Below the pieces are notes generated by a model. It made no database searches and was not told the origin of the DNA. It saw only the letters and a program-made list of their open reading frames with translations. Source: Promethearchaeota archaeon (GTDB taxonomy: Archaea > Asgardarchaeota > Lokiarchaeia > Sigyniarchaeales > SOKP01). Taken from it: a stretch of 64,000 nt of DNA. Where the stretch lies: contig JBHLLT010000002.1 in NCBI GenBank assembly GCA_048938855.1, positions 128,001 to 192,000 of the forward strand. Reading direction: 5' to 3'. The position numbers and the translations under genes are program-made. This document shows, piece after piece, positions 47,839-57,662 of the stretch. How positions within the stretch are numbered: the first letter of the stretch is position 1; the number at the start of each line of letters is the position of its first letter.

Positions 47839-49044
47839 ATTACACATTTAGAATTAATGAAAGATATTTATTATGTTGGCTATGTTGATTTTGAAGTTCG
47901 TAATTTTCATGGATATTCCACGCATCGAGGTAGTAGTTATAATGCTTATATTATCAAGGGAGAAAAAACTGTACTGATTGATACTGTTAAACGTCCCTAT
48001 TTTGAATATTTTTTGAAAAATATTAAGGAGGTATGCGATCCTTCTGAAATCGATTATTTCATTACAAATCATGTAGAAATGGATCATTCTGGGTCGTTTC
48101 CATTAATTATTAATTATCTTCCAAATGCTGAGTTTATTGCTTCAGAAAAGGGAGTTGAAATATTAAAAGCACATTTTCATGAAGAGGTAGGAGATGATAT
48201 TTTTGACAAGATAAGAGGCGTTAAAGATGGAGATACATTAGATATTGGAAATGGTAAAAAATTAACTTTTGTACCGATACCAATGATTCATTGGCCAGAT
48301 TCAATGGTTTCATTTATGAAAGATGAAAATGGTAAGAATGTATTATTCTCTAATGATGCATTTGGTCAGCACTTTGCCTCAACAAAACGTTGGGATGATG
48401 AAAATGATTTATGTGAGGTAATGCAAGAAGCTGAGAAATACTATGCCAATATTTTGCTACACTTGTCTGGTTTAATAGCCAAAACATTACCTAAAGTAGG
48501 AGCCCTACCTATAGACATCATTTGTCCTTCTCATGGAGTATGTTGGCGCATCCATATTCCAGAAATTTTAGAGAAATATACTAAATGGTGTAAGGGTGAA
48601 ATCGATGAAAAGAGTGTAATAATAATATATGATACTATGTGGGGAAGTACAGAAAAGATTGCAAAAGCAATAGTAAAAGAAATTAGCCATAGAGGAATTC
48701 CTGTAAAACGTTTCAGATTGACTATGGCAGACTATTCTGATGTAATTACTGAAGCGATGAAAGCAAAAGTAATTATTGTGGGGAGTCCTACACTTAATAA
48801 TGGATTATATCCTACTGTAGCAGAATATTTATCATATCAAAGAGGATTAAGACCGATGAATAAAATAGGCTTAGCCTTCGGTTCATATGGCTGGTCAGGT
48901 CAGGCTCCACAAGAAATTGCCAATATTATGAAAGAAACGAGAATTGATGTTATGGACGAATTAATCAAGGTTAAATTTGTACCAAAACCAGAAGATTTAG
49001 ATTTTAAGGTAATTATAGATAAATTAATTAAGAAAATAGAGTAA
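47839..49044 (+). CDS. fprA: Flavodiiron protein (FprA / type A flavoprotein)
   Basis: G.SYNAY, IDTV, NH.E.DHSG, HWPD, SNDAFGQH, PSHG, Y.TMWGST, FGSYGW. Start may be ATT at 47839 rather than ATG at 47857. Confidence 0.93.
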   Translation: MTHLELMKDIYYVGYVDFEVRNFHGYSTHRGSSYNAYIIKGEKTVLIDTVKRPYFEYFLKNIKEVCDPSEIDYFITNHVEMDHSGSFPLIINYLPNAEFIASEKGVEILKAHFHEEVGDDIFDKIRGVKDGDTLDIGNGKKLTFVPIPMIHWPDSMVSFMKDENGKNVLFSNDAFGQHFASTKRWDDENDLCEVMQEAEKYYANILLHLSGLIAKTLPKVGALPIDIICPSHGVCWRIHIPEILEKYTKWCKGEIDEKSVIIIYDTMWGSTEKIAKAIVKEISHRGIPVKRFRLTMADYSDVITEAMKAKVIIVGSPTLNNGLYPTVAEYLSYQRGLRPMNKIGLAFGSYGWSGQAPQEIANIMKETRIDVMDELIKVKFVPKPEDLDFKVIIDKLIKKIE

Positions 49045-49058
49045 ATGGTGATAGGCGA

Positions 49059-50243
49059 ATGAATTTTATGCTAACTGAAGAAGAAAAGCTTTTACAAATA
49101 AAGGCAAGAGAGTTCGCTATTCGTGAGGTTTTACCCGTAGCAAGAAAATATGATGAGTCTGAAGAATTTCCTTTACCCGTTATTAAAAAAGCTTGGGAAC
49201 AAGGATTATTGAATTCAGAGGTTCCAAAGGAGTATGGTGGACCAGGTTTAAGTTTATTAAGTTCTTGTATTGTTGTTGAAGAAATCTCATCTGCTTGTCC
49301 AGGTATTGCCACTTCTATTTTTGACAATAATCTTGGTGCAGAACCTATCATTATTGGGGGAAATGAAGAACAAAAGCAAAGAATTTTAGGGGAATTAGTT
49401 AATGAATTTAAATTAATTGCTTTTGCCACATCTGAGCCAACGATGGGTTCTGATGTGGCAGGAATGCAGTGCCGGGCAGAAAAAGATGGGGATGAGTTTA
49501 TTTTAAATGGAACCAAGTTTTGGATCACAAATGGTGGATTTGCTGATTATATCACCGTATTTGCAACTATTGATCCTGAGAAAAAGCATAAGGGGATTGC
49601 AGCATTTATAGTAGATACTAAAACTGAAGGAGTGAAATTAGGTAAGCATATCCCTAAATTAGGCCAAAGATCATCTAACACAGTATCTGTTGGTTTAAAA
49701 AATGTAAGGATTCCCAAAGAAAATGTACTTGCTAAGCCTGGAAGGGGGTTTGTTTTGGCAATGCAAACATTTGCTCACACACGACCTGCTATAGGAGCTT
49801 TTGCTGTCGGTTGTGCTCGTTCTGCGATGGAATATTCTATCGATTATGCTCACAAGAGAGAAACTTTTGGGAGACCAATTGGAAATTATCAAGTAATCCA
49901 GGAAAAAATCGCTAATATGTATAAAGACATTGAAGCCGCACGATTGTTAACATATAAAGCAGCTTGGGAGACTGATCAAGGCATGGATAATAATTTGAGT
50001 TCCTCAATAGCCAAAGCGTTCGCTTCAGATGTCGTAATGAATGTTACAACAGAAGCAGTGCAAATTTTTGGAGGATATGGATATTTAAGAACATACCCCG
50101 TCGAAAAACTGTTTAGAGATGCAAAATTATACCAGATATATGAAGGAACAAGCGAAATTCAAAGAATAGTTATCTCTCGCTTTGTTATGAATCAATATAA
50201 GCATGCAATGCCTTTTCTTGGTAAAAAAAGGACTTCAGATTAA
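49059..50243 (+). CDS. Acyl-CoA dehydrogenase
   Basis: SEP..GSD, LNG.K.WITNG, R..FG.PI, Q.FGGYG, RDAK..QIYEGT.EIQR. Confidence 0.95.
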   Translation: MNFMLTEEEKLLQIKAREFAIREVLPVARKYDESEEFPLPVIKKAWEQGLLNSEVPKEYGGPGLSLLSSCIVVEEISSACPGIATSIFDNNLGAEPIIIGGNEEQKQRILGELVNEFKLIAFATSEPTMGSDVAGMQCRAEKDGDEFILNGTKFWITNGGFADYITVFATIDPEKKHKGIAAFIVDTKTEGVKLGKHIPKLGQRSSNTVSVGLKNVRIPKENVLAKPGRGFVLAMQTFAHTRPAIGAFAVGCARSAMEYSIDYAHKRETFGRPIGNYQVIQEKIANMYKDIEAARLLTYKAAWETDQGMDNNLSSSIAKAFASDVVMNVTTEAVQIFGGYGYLRTYPVEKLFRDAKLYQIYEGTSEIQRIVISRFVMNQYKHAMPFLGKKRTSD

Positions 50244-50261
50244 TTTTAAAATTAATAACTT

Positions 50262-50762
50262 TTATTCCAAATTTTTATTTTTTAGCTGTTCTTGCTTCTT
50301 CAATTTCTTTTTGTTAAGAAAGTCATAGTAGGTTTTGTAAAATTTCCGTTGACATAAATTATCACAGAAGAATTTGAAATTCGGGTCTAACCAAAGAGTT
50401 TTTATTTCATGAATTTTCAAAAAATTGTGAAATTTGCTAAATTTATAGATGTCCATTGGATTTTCACAGTATAAACATTTCCTTTCTTTTAATACGTTCT
50501 CAATTTTTTTTAACTCATGAATCTTGAGATATCGAAAGCACTCGCAGCAGTGAAATTCTAAAATTGAAGTTTGCCATAGTTTTAAGATATATTTGGGTGT
50601 AAAATTAACATTATCACTTAGAAAATCATAAATATTTAAATCCTTTCCACAATTCCAGCATGTTCTTTTTTTAAAATTATTTTCATGTTTAATGAGTTCT
50701 CTTAATTTTTGAATTTTGTCCCATAATTCAGCATTATTTAACTTCTTAAAGAACAAAGACAT
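50262..50762 (-). CDS. Hypothetical protein with two tandem Cys4 Zn-binding repeats
   Basis: CWNC...HCCEC and CLYC...FCDNLC. Confidence 0.7.
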   Translation of the reverse strand: MSLFFKKLNNAELWDKIQKLRELIKHENNFKKRTCWNCGKDLNIYDFLSDNVNFTPKYILKLWQTSILEFHCCECFRYLKIHELKKIENVLKERKCLYCENPMDIYKFSKFHNFLKIHEIKTLWLDPNFKFFCDNLCQRKFYKTYYDFLNKKKLKKQEQLKNKNLE

Positions 50763-50846
50763 ACTTAAAATACATTCTTATATCTTATTATAATAGATTA
50801 GTAGTAATATTACTTTATATAGGAAATCCTTATATCAAGTAAGAAT

Positions 50847-51797
50847 TTACTTTTTCTTTTTTGTTATTAACATGATGAGTGTTACAAATAATGAAATGCC
50901 AGTTAGAAAAATCAGAAAAAAGGCGATTGAATTATTTAGACGTTCTATATAGCAAAAATTATTTTTAAAAACATTACCAATACATGCATCTTCAGACCAA
51001 CAAAGTGCATCACCTTTAGAAATAAAATTATTCCTCACAATAGTATTATAATTACTTTCCCTTAACACAAGTAGAGTAGGGATCCAGGGGAATCTTGTAT
51101 TATAATCTATAGAAATTATATTCTCTACAATCAGGTTATGATGGCTACTAGATAATCTTATCACATCCCTATTATTGTTGTATAGAATATTTCTAGTAAG
51201 ATTGTTATAACTACTACTAGATAAAATAATACCCGTTTCCTCCCAGTAAAAATCATATCCGTAATTGTTACTAACATTATTTCCTAAAATAGTATTATTA
51301 TTACTATAATATAATAAAATCCCATAAGTATTACGAGAACAGGTGTTATTGATTAACTGAACGTTATTAACATTGGTTAACACTATACCTCCTCCTTCCC
51401 AATAATTAGGTTCAAATTCAGTATCCATTTCAGCATTAGAGATTTTACAATTTTCAATTCTAAAATAAACATTAGAATTTTCAATAAAAATACAATAATC
51501 GTAAGCTGACCTATTGAATACTAAATCTTCTATAACATAAGGATCAGAATAAGTGCCCTGACCTGTACAATTTGTAATATTTTTATAACTAATCCACCCT
51601 GAGTTTCCGATTATGTGAATTGAACTCTGATTTTTAGAGATTCTTAGATGAAAATCATCTACATTAGAATCCGTAGAGATCTTTGAATTATTATGAATAT
51701 CTCCCAAATTAAACACAAAGATACAGCTAAAGATAGTTGAGTAGGTAAGAACAATGCCTAACAATAATATTGATTTATACTTTGTGTTGAAGATCAT
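50847..51797 (-). CDS. Membrane-anchored parallel beta-helix (NosD/CASH) protein
   Basis: N-terminal signal/TM, G.GT..DPYVIE, GI.L..S.NN.I..N repeats, C-terminal TM + KKKK. Confidence 0.85.
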   Translation of the reverse strand: MIFNTKYKSILLLGIVLTYSTIFSCIFVFNLGDIHNNSKISTDSNVDDFHLRISKNQSSIHIIGNSGWISYKNITNCTGQGTYSDPYVIEDLVFNRSAYDYCIFIENSNVYFRIENCKISNAEMDTEFEPNYWEGGGIVLTNVNNVQLINNTCSRNTYGILLYYSNNNTILGNNVSNNYGYDFYWEETGIILSSSSYNNLTRNILYNNNRDVIRLSSSHHNLIVENIISIDYNTRFPWIPTLLVLRESNYNTIVRNNFISKGDALCWSEDACIGNVFKNNFCYIERLNNSIAFFLIFLTGISLFVTLIMLITKKKK

Positions 51798-52561
51798 CTG
51801 CTTTTAAAAGTAATGTAATTAATATCAAAAAGAAGAATAATAATGAACGTTGTAAAAAATGTAAATATAGTAGTCTGAGCTGTATATCTACCTAATGCTA
51901 CAAAATTAGATATTATAAAAAAGAATCCTAAAGATAAAATAATTAAAGTTAAAAATTTAAATTCATGTTTGACTAAGAAATTAACTACTTTAAGAAAAAT
52001 TGAATATTGTGGCTTTTCCAGTTTGTCTTTTTCTAAATCGCTTTGATTACTTAAGTTAATTGAAAGAATTTTACCGATTGAACGAATTTTACCGATTTGA
52101 GGTGAAAAAATAACGAGAATCATATTAAATGCAAACAATACTCCTACACCTACCCAAATATACATTAAAATTTGAACCAGGAGCCAAAAAGTATTGTATA
52201 AGGCTACTACATCAACAGTTCCTAAAAATATACTTATTCCAAACCAAAATGGATAAAAAAGTATAATCGATCGAATTACTTTTCTAATTTCCGATGAGTT
52301 TATTTTTACAAAATAATAAACTACAATTGACCAAGAAAGGCAACCTAAAAAGAAGAAACATAGTATATGATTATAAGATGTTCCATAAATATTAAAAACT
52401 GTACGTACTCCGCCATATTGAAATCCAGAAAAAATTAAAAAAAAAGGGCCTAGAAATATAATCCATAAAAATTTTAAAAAAGGAATATACAAAGACAAAC
52501 TGAAAAAAAAACAAAGTGCAATAAAAAAAATGAGTAAACGATTTTTAGAATCTTTATGCAT
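51794..52561 (-). CDS. Hypothetical polytopic membrane protein
   Basis: About 7 hydrophobic segments; 4-bp overlap with the downstream gene. Confidence 0.65.
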   Translation of the reverse strand: MHKDSKNRLLIFFIALCFFFSLSLYIPFLKFLWIIFLGPFFLIFSGFQYGGVRTVFNIYGTSYNHILCFFFLGCLSWSIVVYYFVKINSSEIRKVIRSIILFYPFWFGISIFLGTVDVVALYNTFWLLVQILMYIWVGVGVLFAFNMILVIFSPQIGKIRSIGKILSINLSNQSDLEKDKLEKPQYSIFLKVVNFLVKHEFKFLTLIILSLGFFFIISNFVALGRYTAQTTIFTFFTTFIIILLFDINYITFKSR

Positions 52562-52701
52562 TAGATTGCCTTCTTATTAGTTTGCTCTTTAATGATTAAA
52601 AAATTTATAACTAAATTTTTCGGTCAGTTGAGATCCAATTTCAGCTTTTATGAATATATATAATCTAATAACTTTATAAGATTTTTTAGGTTTAAAAGGT
52701 G

Positions 52702-53259
52702 TTATAAATCTAAAATTTTATTTGTTGCTTCAAAAAAATTATTGCATATTAGAGTTGGTTTAATACCAAGGTATTCTAACTCATCCAAATGCTTATCACC
52801 ATGACCAGTTGTAAGGAAAATAGTCCTACACCCAGCATTTATTCCAAATTGTATATCTGAAGGATGATCACCAATCATCCATGATTTACTAATATCAACT
52901 TCAAAATCTTTAATGATCTCATCAATAAATTTAGTTTTAGGTTTTCTACATTCACATCCATCCTCCTTTAAATGAGGACAGAAATATGTTTTCAAAATTT
53001 TTATTTCATGTTTTTTCAAGGTATGAATTAAATGTTTATTGAAAATTTGGAAATCTTGGGTTGTATAATAACCTCTCCCTATTCCTGATTGATTTGTCAC
53101 AATGAAAAAGAGAAAATCATTTTGGAGTAGCTTTAATCCTTCAATCACTCCATCTAATAATTCAAAATCTTCTATTTTGTAAGTATAATTTTTGTCTTCA
53201 ATTAACGTGCCATCCCTATCCAATATAATTGCTTTCTTTTTATTCATACTCTGCCTCAA
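52702..53259 (-). CDS. gmhB: HAD-IIIA phosphatase (GmhB / histidinol-phosphatase type)
   Basis: DRDGT, TNQSGIGRG, CPH...C.CRKP, MIGD..SD. Confidence 0.85.
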   Translation of the reverse strand: MRQSMNKKKAIILDRDGTLIEDKNYTYKIEDFELLDGVIEGLKLLQNDFLFFIVTNQSGIGRGYYTTQDFQIFNKHLIHTLKKHEIKILKTYFCPHLKEDGCECRKPKTKFIDEIIKDFEVDISKSWMIGDHPSDIQFGINAGCRTIFLTTGHGDKHLDELEYLGIKPTLICNNFFEATNKILDL

Positions 53260-54611
53260 AAAAATATAAAAATTATAGCCGCGAGATACAATATTCCAAG
53301 TACTATATGCAATAAAGCAAAAAGGCCCCCAACTTTTAATAATTTCTTATAATTCATCCCATCAACACAATATTTTGTAGATAGATCCAATGTCATCATA
53401 TCTGCAGCACTACCTTGAGGTAGGAAATTTCCGCCCAAATTTATCCCTAAAATAAATGCAATTAATAATGGAATTGATGAATAACCATCAAATATTAAAA
53501 CTTGAATTATTGGAATGAAAAGAACCGTAATAGGAACATTATCTAGGAAAGCCGAAAGAATAGATGTTAAAATCAGTATCAAAACACACAATAAAAAGAG
53601 ATTGGATGGTGCTATAGCCACTACAAAATCTTCAATAATGGCAATAATTCCAACTTTTTCAAAGCAATATACTAGCACAAATAAACTTATAAAGAAGAAA
53701 GGTAATTTGAAATCAACCTTTTTGAAGTAATAAGAGATATCAGGTTTTTTTTTTCCAGACTCACGTCTCCTAGGATTAATAAACACAAACAAAAGCATTC
53801 CAAGAAGTCCTACAAATAGAATACTAGGAATAATAATTAACATAATAAAGAAGATTAATAAAGCACCCAAATTTCGATAAAATACTTTAGGATTAACAGA
53901 TTCTTCCAGAATTATTAACTCATGTTCCTCGATATGGTCAGCTTCTAAAGATTCATTATATTCAGTACAATGAGGTGCCCAAATTTTTGTTAAATTTTTT
54001 TTAAGGATAAAATAATCTAAAAGAGTCAAGGTCAGAAAAGTAGCAAAGATAAAATAAATTGAAAGGCTCGTGAAAAACCAAACTGTTGATAGAGTAAATT
54101 TATTTGCAATCAAAATATTCTGGGCAGAACCAAAAGGAGTTAGAGTTGCAGCAAGATTTATACAAATAGTCATTCCCAATAATATTGGAGTTGGATTTAT
54201 CTTCATTTTTTCACTTGTAAATATTATCATGGGTATAAAAATAACCGCAACCGAAACATCTTCAATGAAAGCAGCGCTTAAAGTTGAAATTAAACAAATC
54301 ACCCAAAAAAACCTTCGAGTATTAGTATGGAACTTTTTCGTTATCCTTGATGCAATTTCTTGAAAAATTAATTGTTCATCTAAAATCACCACTATAGTAA
54401 ATACAGAGATCAAGAAAAAAATGACAGGCCAATCTATTGCCAAAATGAACTCCTCAATAGAAACTGGTGTTGGTGAAAAAATGAAAGTAGCTGTAGCAGC
54501 AGCTAACATTGCTAACACACTATAAGTTAGAAAATCTGTTTTCTCACGAAAGAGAGCAACCATAACAATAATAAAACAGAAGATAACAAAAATCTGTAAA
54601 AAGAGTATCAT
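53256..54611 (-). CDS. ArsB/NhaD/SLC13 permease (paralogue of 10141..11436)
   Basis: TP.GS.QN, SAFLDNVP, NLGGNFLPQGSAA. Confidence 0.82.
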   Translation of the reverse strand: MILFLQIFVIFCFIIVMVALFREKTDFLTYSVLAMLAAATATFIFSPTPVSIEEFILAIDWPVIFFLISVFTIVVILDEQLIFQEIASRITKKFHTNTRRFFWVICLISTLSAAFIEDVSVAVIFIPMIIFTSEKMKINPTPILLGMTICINLAATLTPFGSAQNILIANKFTLSTVWFFTSLSIYFIFATFLTLTLLDYFILKKNLTKIWAPHCTEYNESLEADHIEEHELIILEESVNPKVFYRNLGALLIFFIMLIIIPSILFVGLLGMLLFVFINPRRRESGKKKPDISYYFKKVDFKLPFFFISLFVLVYCFEKVGIIAIIEDFVVAIAPSNLFLLCVLILILTSILSAFLDNVPITVLFIPIIQVLIFDGYSSIPLLIAFILGINLGGNFLPQGSAADMMTLDLSTKYCVDGMNYKKLLKVGGLFALLHIVLGILYLAAIIFIFF

Positions 54612-54702
54612 AGTTTCTCTTCATAACTAATACTCATTCTATTTTAATATTTGCATTTGTATTTTAAAATTTCATTATTTTAAAATAAAAAATAAAAAAA
54701 AA

Positions 54703-55512
54703 TTAACCCAAGGCTTTAAATTCACTTTCAGAAGGATGATTTAGATCTTTATCTTTACGTGTATCATGATAACAGAAATCACAATAATCATCCCCCATCA
54801 TTAATGTTTTCGTTCTCGTAAGTATGAAGTTAGGATTTAAATTCTGTGCTCCTTGAAAATCAGAATAACATAACATTGCATAACATAGCTCTGAATCAAA
54901 ACCTTTCAATACTTTAGCCCATTCACATTTCTTAACCTTATATAGCAATTTATCTTCATCTAATGAGCCAGTAATACATTCTTGCATTCTCCATCTTCCC
55001 AAATTATTTTTAAAACGTTCTACAGATTCTTCAAATGAATCAACATAATTATTTGGATTCCTTCTAGAGAGAGAAACCTCATCCGATAAATTTTTAATAT
55101 ATTCAATTGCCTCCTCCCGATTCATTATTTTTAAAAGTGATTCCATTAAAAAATATTCGAAATGAGTGAAAGTACGTACGAGATCTAAAGTATATATTTC
55201 TATTTCAACCTCAATCGATGGAGGATTATATTTGCTATAACCTACAAGTGATAAGACATGATTTTTACTCCCATTAACTAAAACAGGATATTGATTTAGG
55301 ATTTCAAAATCGGATTTGAAAGTAACCTCATAATTTTCAATCTTTTCATAGAATCCTTTTAAAGATTCAATTATAGTAAGAAATGAATCTGGTTTGTTAG
55401 CTTTTAAGTCTTTTAAAAATCTATCACACCCATCTAAACATTGAGCAATTAAATCATGAATTTTATAATTAAGTTTGGTATTCTTATCATAAGTGCAAAT
55501 TGTGTTTTTCAT
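54703..55512 (-). CDS. L-2-amino-thiazoline-4-carboxylate hydrolase-like (ATC_hydrolase) protein
   Basis: C..A, C..D, L.R..TLM.G...CDF. Confidence 0.8.
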   Translation of the reverse strand: MKNTICTYDKNTKLNYKIHDLIAQCLDGCDRFLKDLKANKPDSFLTIIESLKGFYEKIENYEVTFKSDFEILNQYPVLVNGSKNHVLSLVGYSKYNPPSIEVEIEIYTLDLVRTFTHFEYFLMESLLKIMNREEAIEYIKNLSDEVSLSRRNPNNYVDSFEESVERFKNNLGRWRMQECITGSLDEDKLLYKVKKCEWAKVLKGFDSELCYAMLCYSDFQGAQNLNPNFILTRTKTLMMGDDYCDFCYHDTRKDKDLNHPSESEFKALG

Positions 55513-55654
55513 ATAACATCATTTTATCTATTTAATTACTTTTCAAAATTATCTACGCTATAAATAGATTAAGATGATGAACTACTATTGAAGTCTAATC
55601 CTAAAAGTTAATCCATAAATTAAAATGAAAGAAAAGAAATAAGCAGAGTTAGGA

Positions 55655-56368
55655 TTAAGGATCTTCAGAAAAAGCTCTTAAATCACTTTCAATAAAAGAT
55701 TTTCCGTAGTGTGTATACAATATAGATGCTGGATTGTGAGGGTTTGACCTGTCTTTCGCAATGAAAGTGGTTACTGGAGCTTCTGATAAATGAGTGAAAG
55801 TAATATCATGTCCCACACATAAACCTACTATAATGTTCATATCAGTTTTTGCTTTATTCAATAGTAGTGCTTGGGCTACAGGATTACACGTTACAAAACC
55901 AATTGGATACCCTGTCTTAGATATCTCAGTAAATTCTTTTGGAACCCCAACTTTAGTTTTTGGAATAGCTCCTGTCTTACAACAAACAGAATATACCTGA
56001 AATCCATATTTCTCTAAAATTTCTGCAGTTAGTTCTGCTTCATTTTGAAGGCCTACACAAGAAGCGATTCCTAATTTCTTATATTTCATACCCTTTGCAT
56101 ACTCAATCGTATCTTTAAGACGAGGCCAATGAATATAACCTTTAGCTTCCACAATGGATGCTACTTTTGTAGAATTTTTCACAAATTCATCTGATTCGTA
56201 TATCTCTTTAACTTCCTTGGCGATTTCAGGACTTATTATCATAGGACAATTTCCTATCGATTTATTTGGCTTACCTCTCGTGCAGTGATTAATGCTATCA
56301 CATTTAACACATGTAGGGCTGATTATATCATCCTTATCCCATTCAGGGTTACATGAATTTTTGTTCAT
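55655..56368 (-). CDS. DUF1847 family Cys-rich metal-binding protein
   Basis: A.C.GL..EA, SV.CK.G, CNP..QA, GLCVGHD, KDR...HNP. Confidence 0.88.
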   Translation of the reverse strand: MNKNSCNPEWDKDDIISPTCVKCDSINHCTRGKPNKSIGNCPMIISPEIAKEVKEIYESDEFVKNSTKVASIVEAKGYIHWPRLKDTIEYAKGMKYKKLGIASCVGLQNEAELTAEILEKYGFQVYSVCCKTGAIPKTKVGVPKEFTEISKTGYPIGFVTCNPVAQALLLNKAKTDMNIIVGLCVGHDITFTHLSEAPVTTFIAKDRSNPHNPASILYTHYGKSFIESDLRAFSEDP

Positions 56369-56467
56369 AATTTATGTAATGAGTAGAAGCAAATTAAAAG
56401 TGTTGAATTCGACCTTTTTATTAATTTGAAATCTTAAAAAAAAAAATAAAAAAATAAAATTTAGAAT

Positions 56468-56854
56468 TTAGCTCTTCCATAAAAAGTGTAAATTACAATA
56501 TTCTCGAGCCCAGAGACCTTCAGGATTAGCAACAGTAAAGGTTGCTTTAGGCTCCATACCAGGCTTTAAGAATCTTCTTTCATAGCATCCGTTTTTACAT
56601 ATTATTTCAATCCACATTATATAGTGCTCATCAGTCATAGGATGAGGGGTTCCCATTGAGATTCCTACATCTACAGTCACTTTATTACCATCAATAGTAA
56701 TTTTAGGAACGTGTTTTTCAGTTTTCCAGTCTTTCGTTTGTTCCTCCATTAATTTCATTGGTTCTCCGCAACATATCGTCTGAGTTACTCCGGGATTTAA
56801 AATTTCTATAACTTTGTCGCATATTGCGCATCTATAGATTTCCTTCTCTTTCAT
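56468..56854 (-). CDS. dfx: Desulfoferrodoxin (2Fe superoxide reductase)
   Basis: Y.C..C...CCG, EKHVP, HPM..EHYI.WI, YCN.H. Confidence 0.95.
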   Translation of the reverse strand: MKEKEIYRCAICDKVIEILNPGVTQTICCGEPMKLMEEQTKDWKTEKHVPKITIDGNKVTVDVGISMGTPHPMTDEHYIMWIEIICKNGCYERRFLKPGMEPKATFTVANPEGLWAREYCNLHFLWKS

Positions 56855-56946
56855 TTTTCTTCACAAATACATAATTTTTTGTTTCTACTTCAGATTATTA
56901 AATTTTTAAAAATTTTGATTTTAAATTAAAAAGGAACTTATTTTTT

Positions 56947-57537
56947 TTAGAAATCTTCGCACTTTTTTCTATAGTATTCTCGTGGATGGTCACAAGATGG
57001 ACATTTGAAGTTTTTAGGTAATTCATCCATTTCAACTTCATAACCACATTCCATACAAACCCACACTATCTTTTTACCTCGTTTAAAGAAAGCATCATCA
57101 CCAACTAGTTTGAGAAGTTTACCATATCTCTCAGAATGATGTCTTTCAGCTTTTACAATTGCATTTACCCTATTTGCAATGGCAGGATATCCTTCTTTTT
57201 CAGCAGTTTCAGCTATATCTGGATAAAGTGTTTTCCATTCCATGTTTTCTCCAGCTATAGCGGATTTTAAATTTTCAATTGTAGTTCCAAGGGTAGTTGG
57301 AAATTCTGCATCAGGGATTACCTTCATTAAATCGAAATTTTCTTCTTTTTTAAACTGTTGGAGCATTTTATAGAACCAACTTCCATGTTCTTTTTCCTGT
57401 TCCGACGTTTCATCGAAAATCTTTGAAATTAATACATATCCTTCTTTTTTCGCTACTTTAGAGAAGTAATAATAGCGATTTCGCGCTTGTGATTCTCCAA
57501 CATATGCTGTATATAATTTTTTAGCAGTTTCTTTCAT
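56947..57537 (-). CDS. rbr: Rubrerythrin
   Basis: GES.A..RY, E..H, GE..E...Y, E..H; C-terminal CMEC/CPSC. Confidence 0.95.
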   Translation of the reverse strand: MKETAKKLYTAYVGESQARNRYYYFSKVAKKEGYVLISKIFDETSEQEKEHGSWFYKMLQQFKKEENFDLMKVIPDAEFPTTLGTTIENLKSAIAGENMEWKTLYPDIAETAEKEGYPAIANRVNAIVKAERHHSERYGKLLKLVGDDAFFKRGKKIVWVCMECGYEVEMDELPKNFKCPSCDHPREYYRKKCEDF

Positions 57538-57662
57538 AGTTTTTTAACCTCCATTTTTTAAATTGGAAATTCGTTATATATGAATATATTTGGATTTAAA
57601 TTATTTCGCCTTTATTTTAACTTTTTTACTTATAATTTAAAGAAAATCTAAAAATAATTGAT

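Noticed and set aside
50803-50814. AGTAATATTACT palindrome
   Set aside because: Short and nearly all A/T, so expected by chance at this composition.
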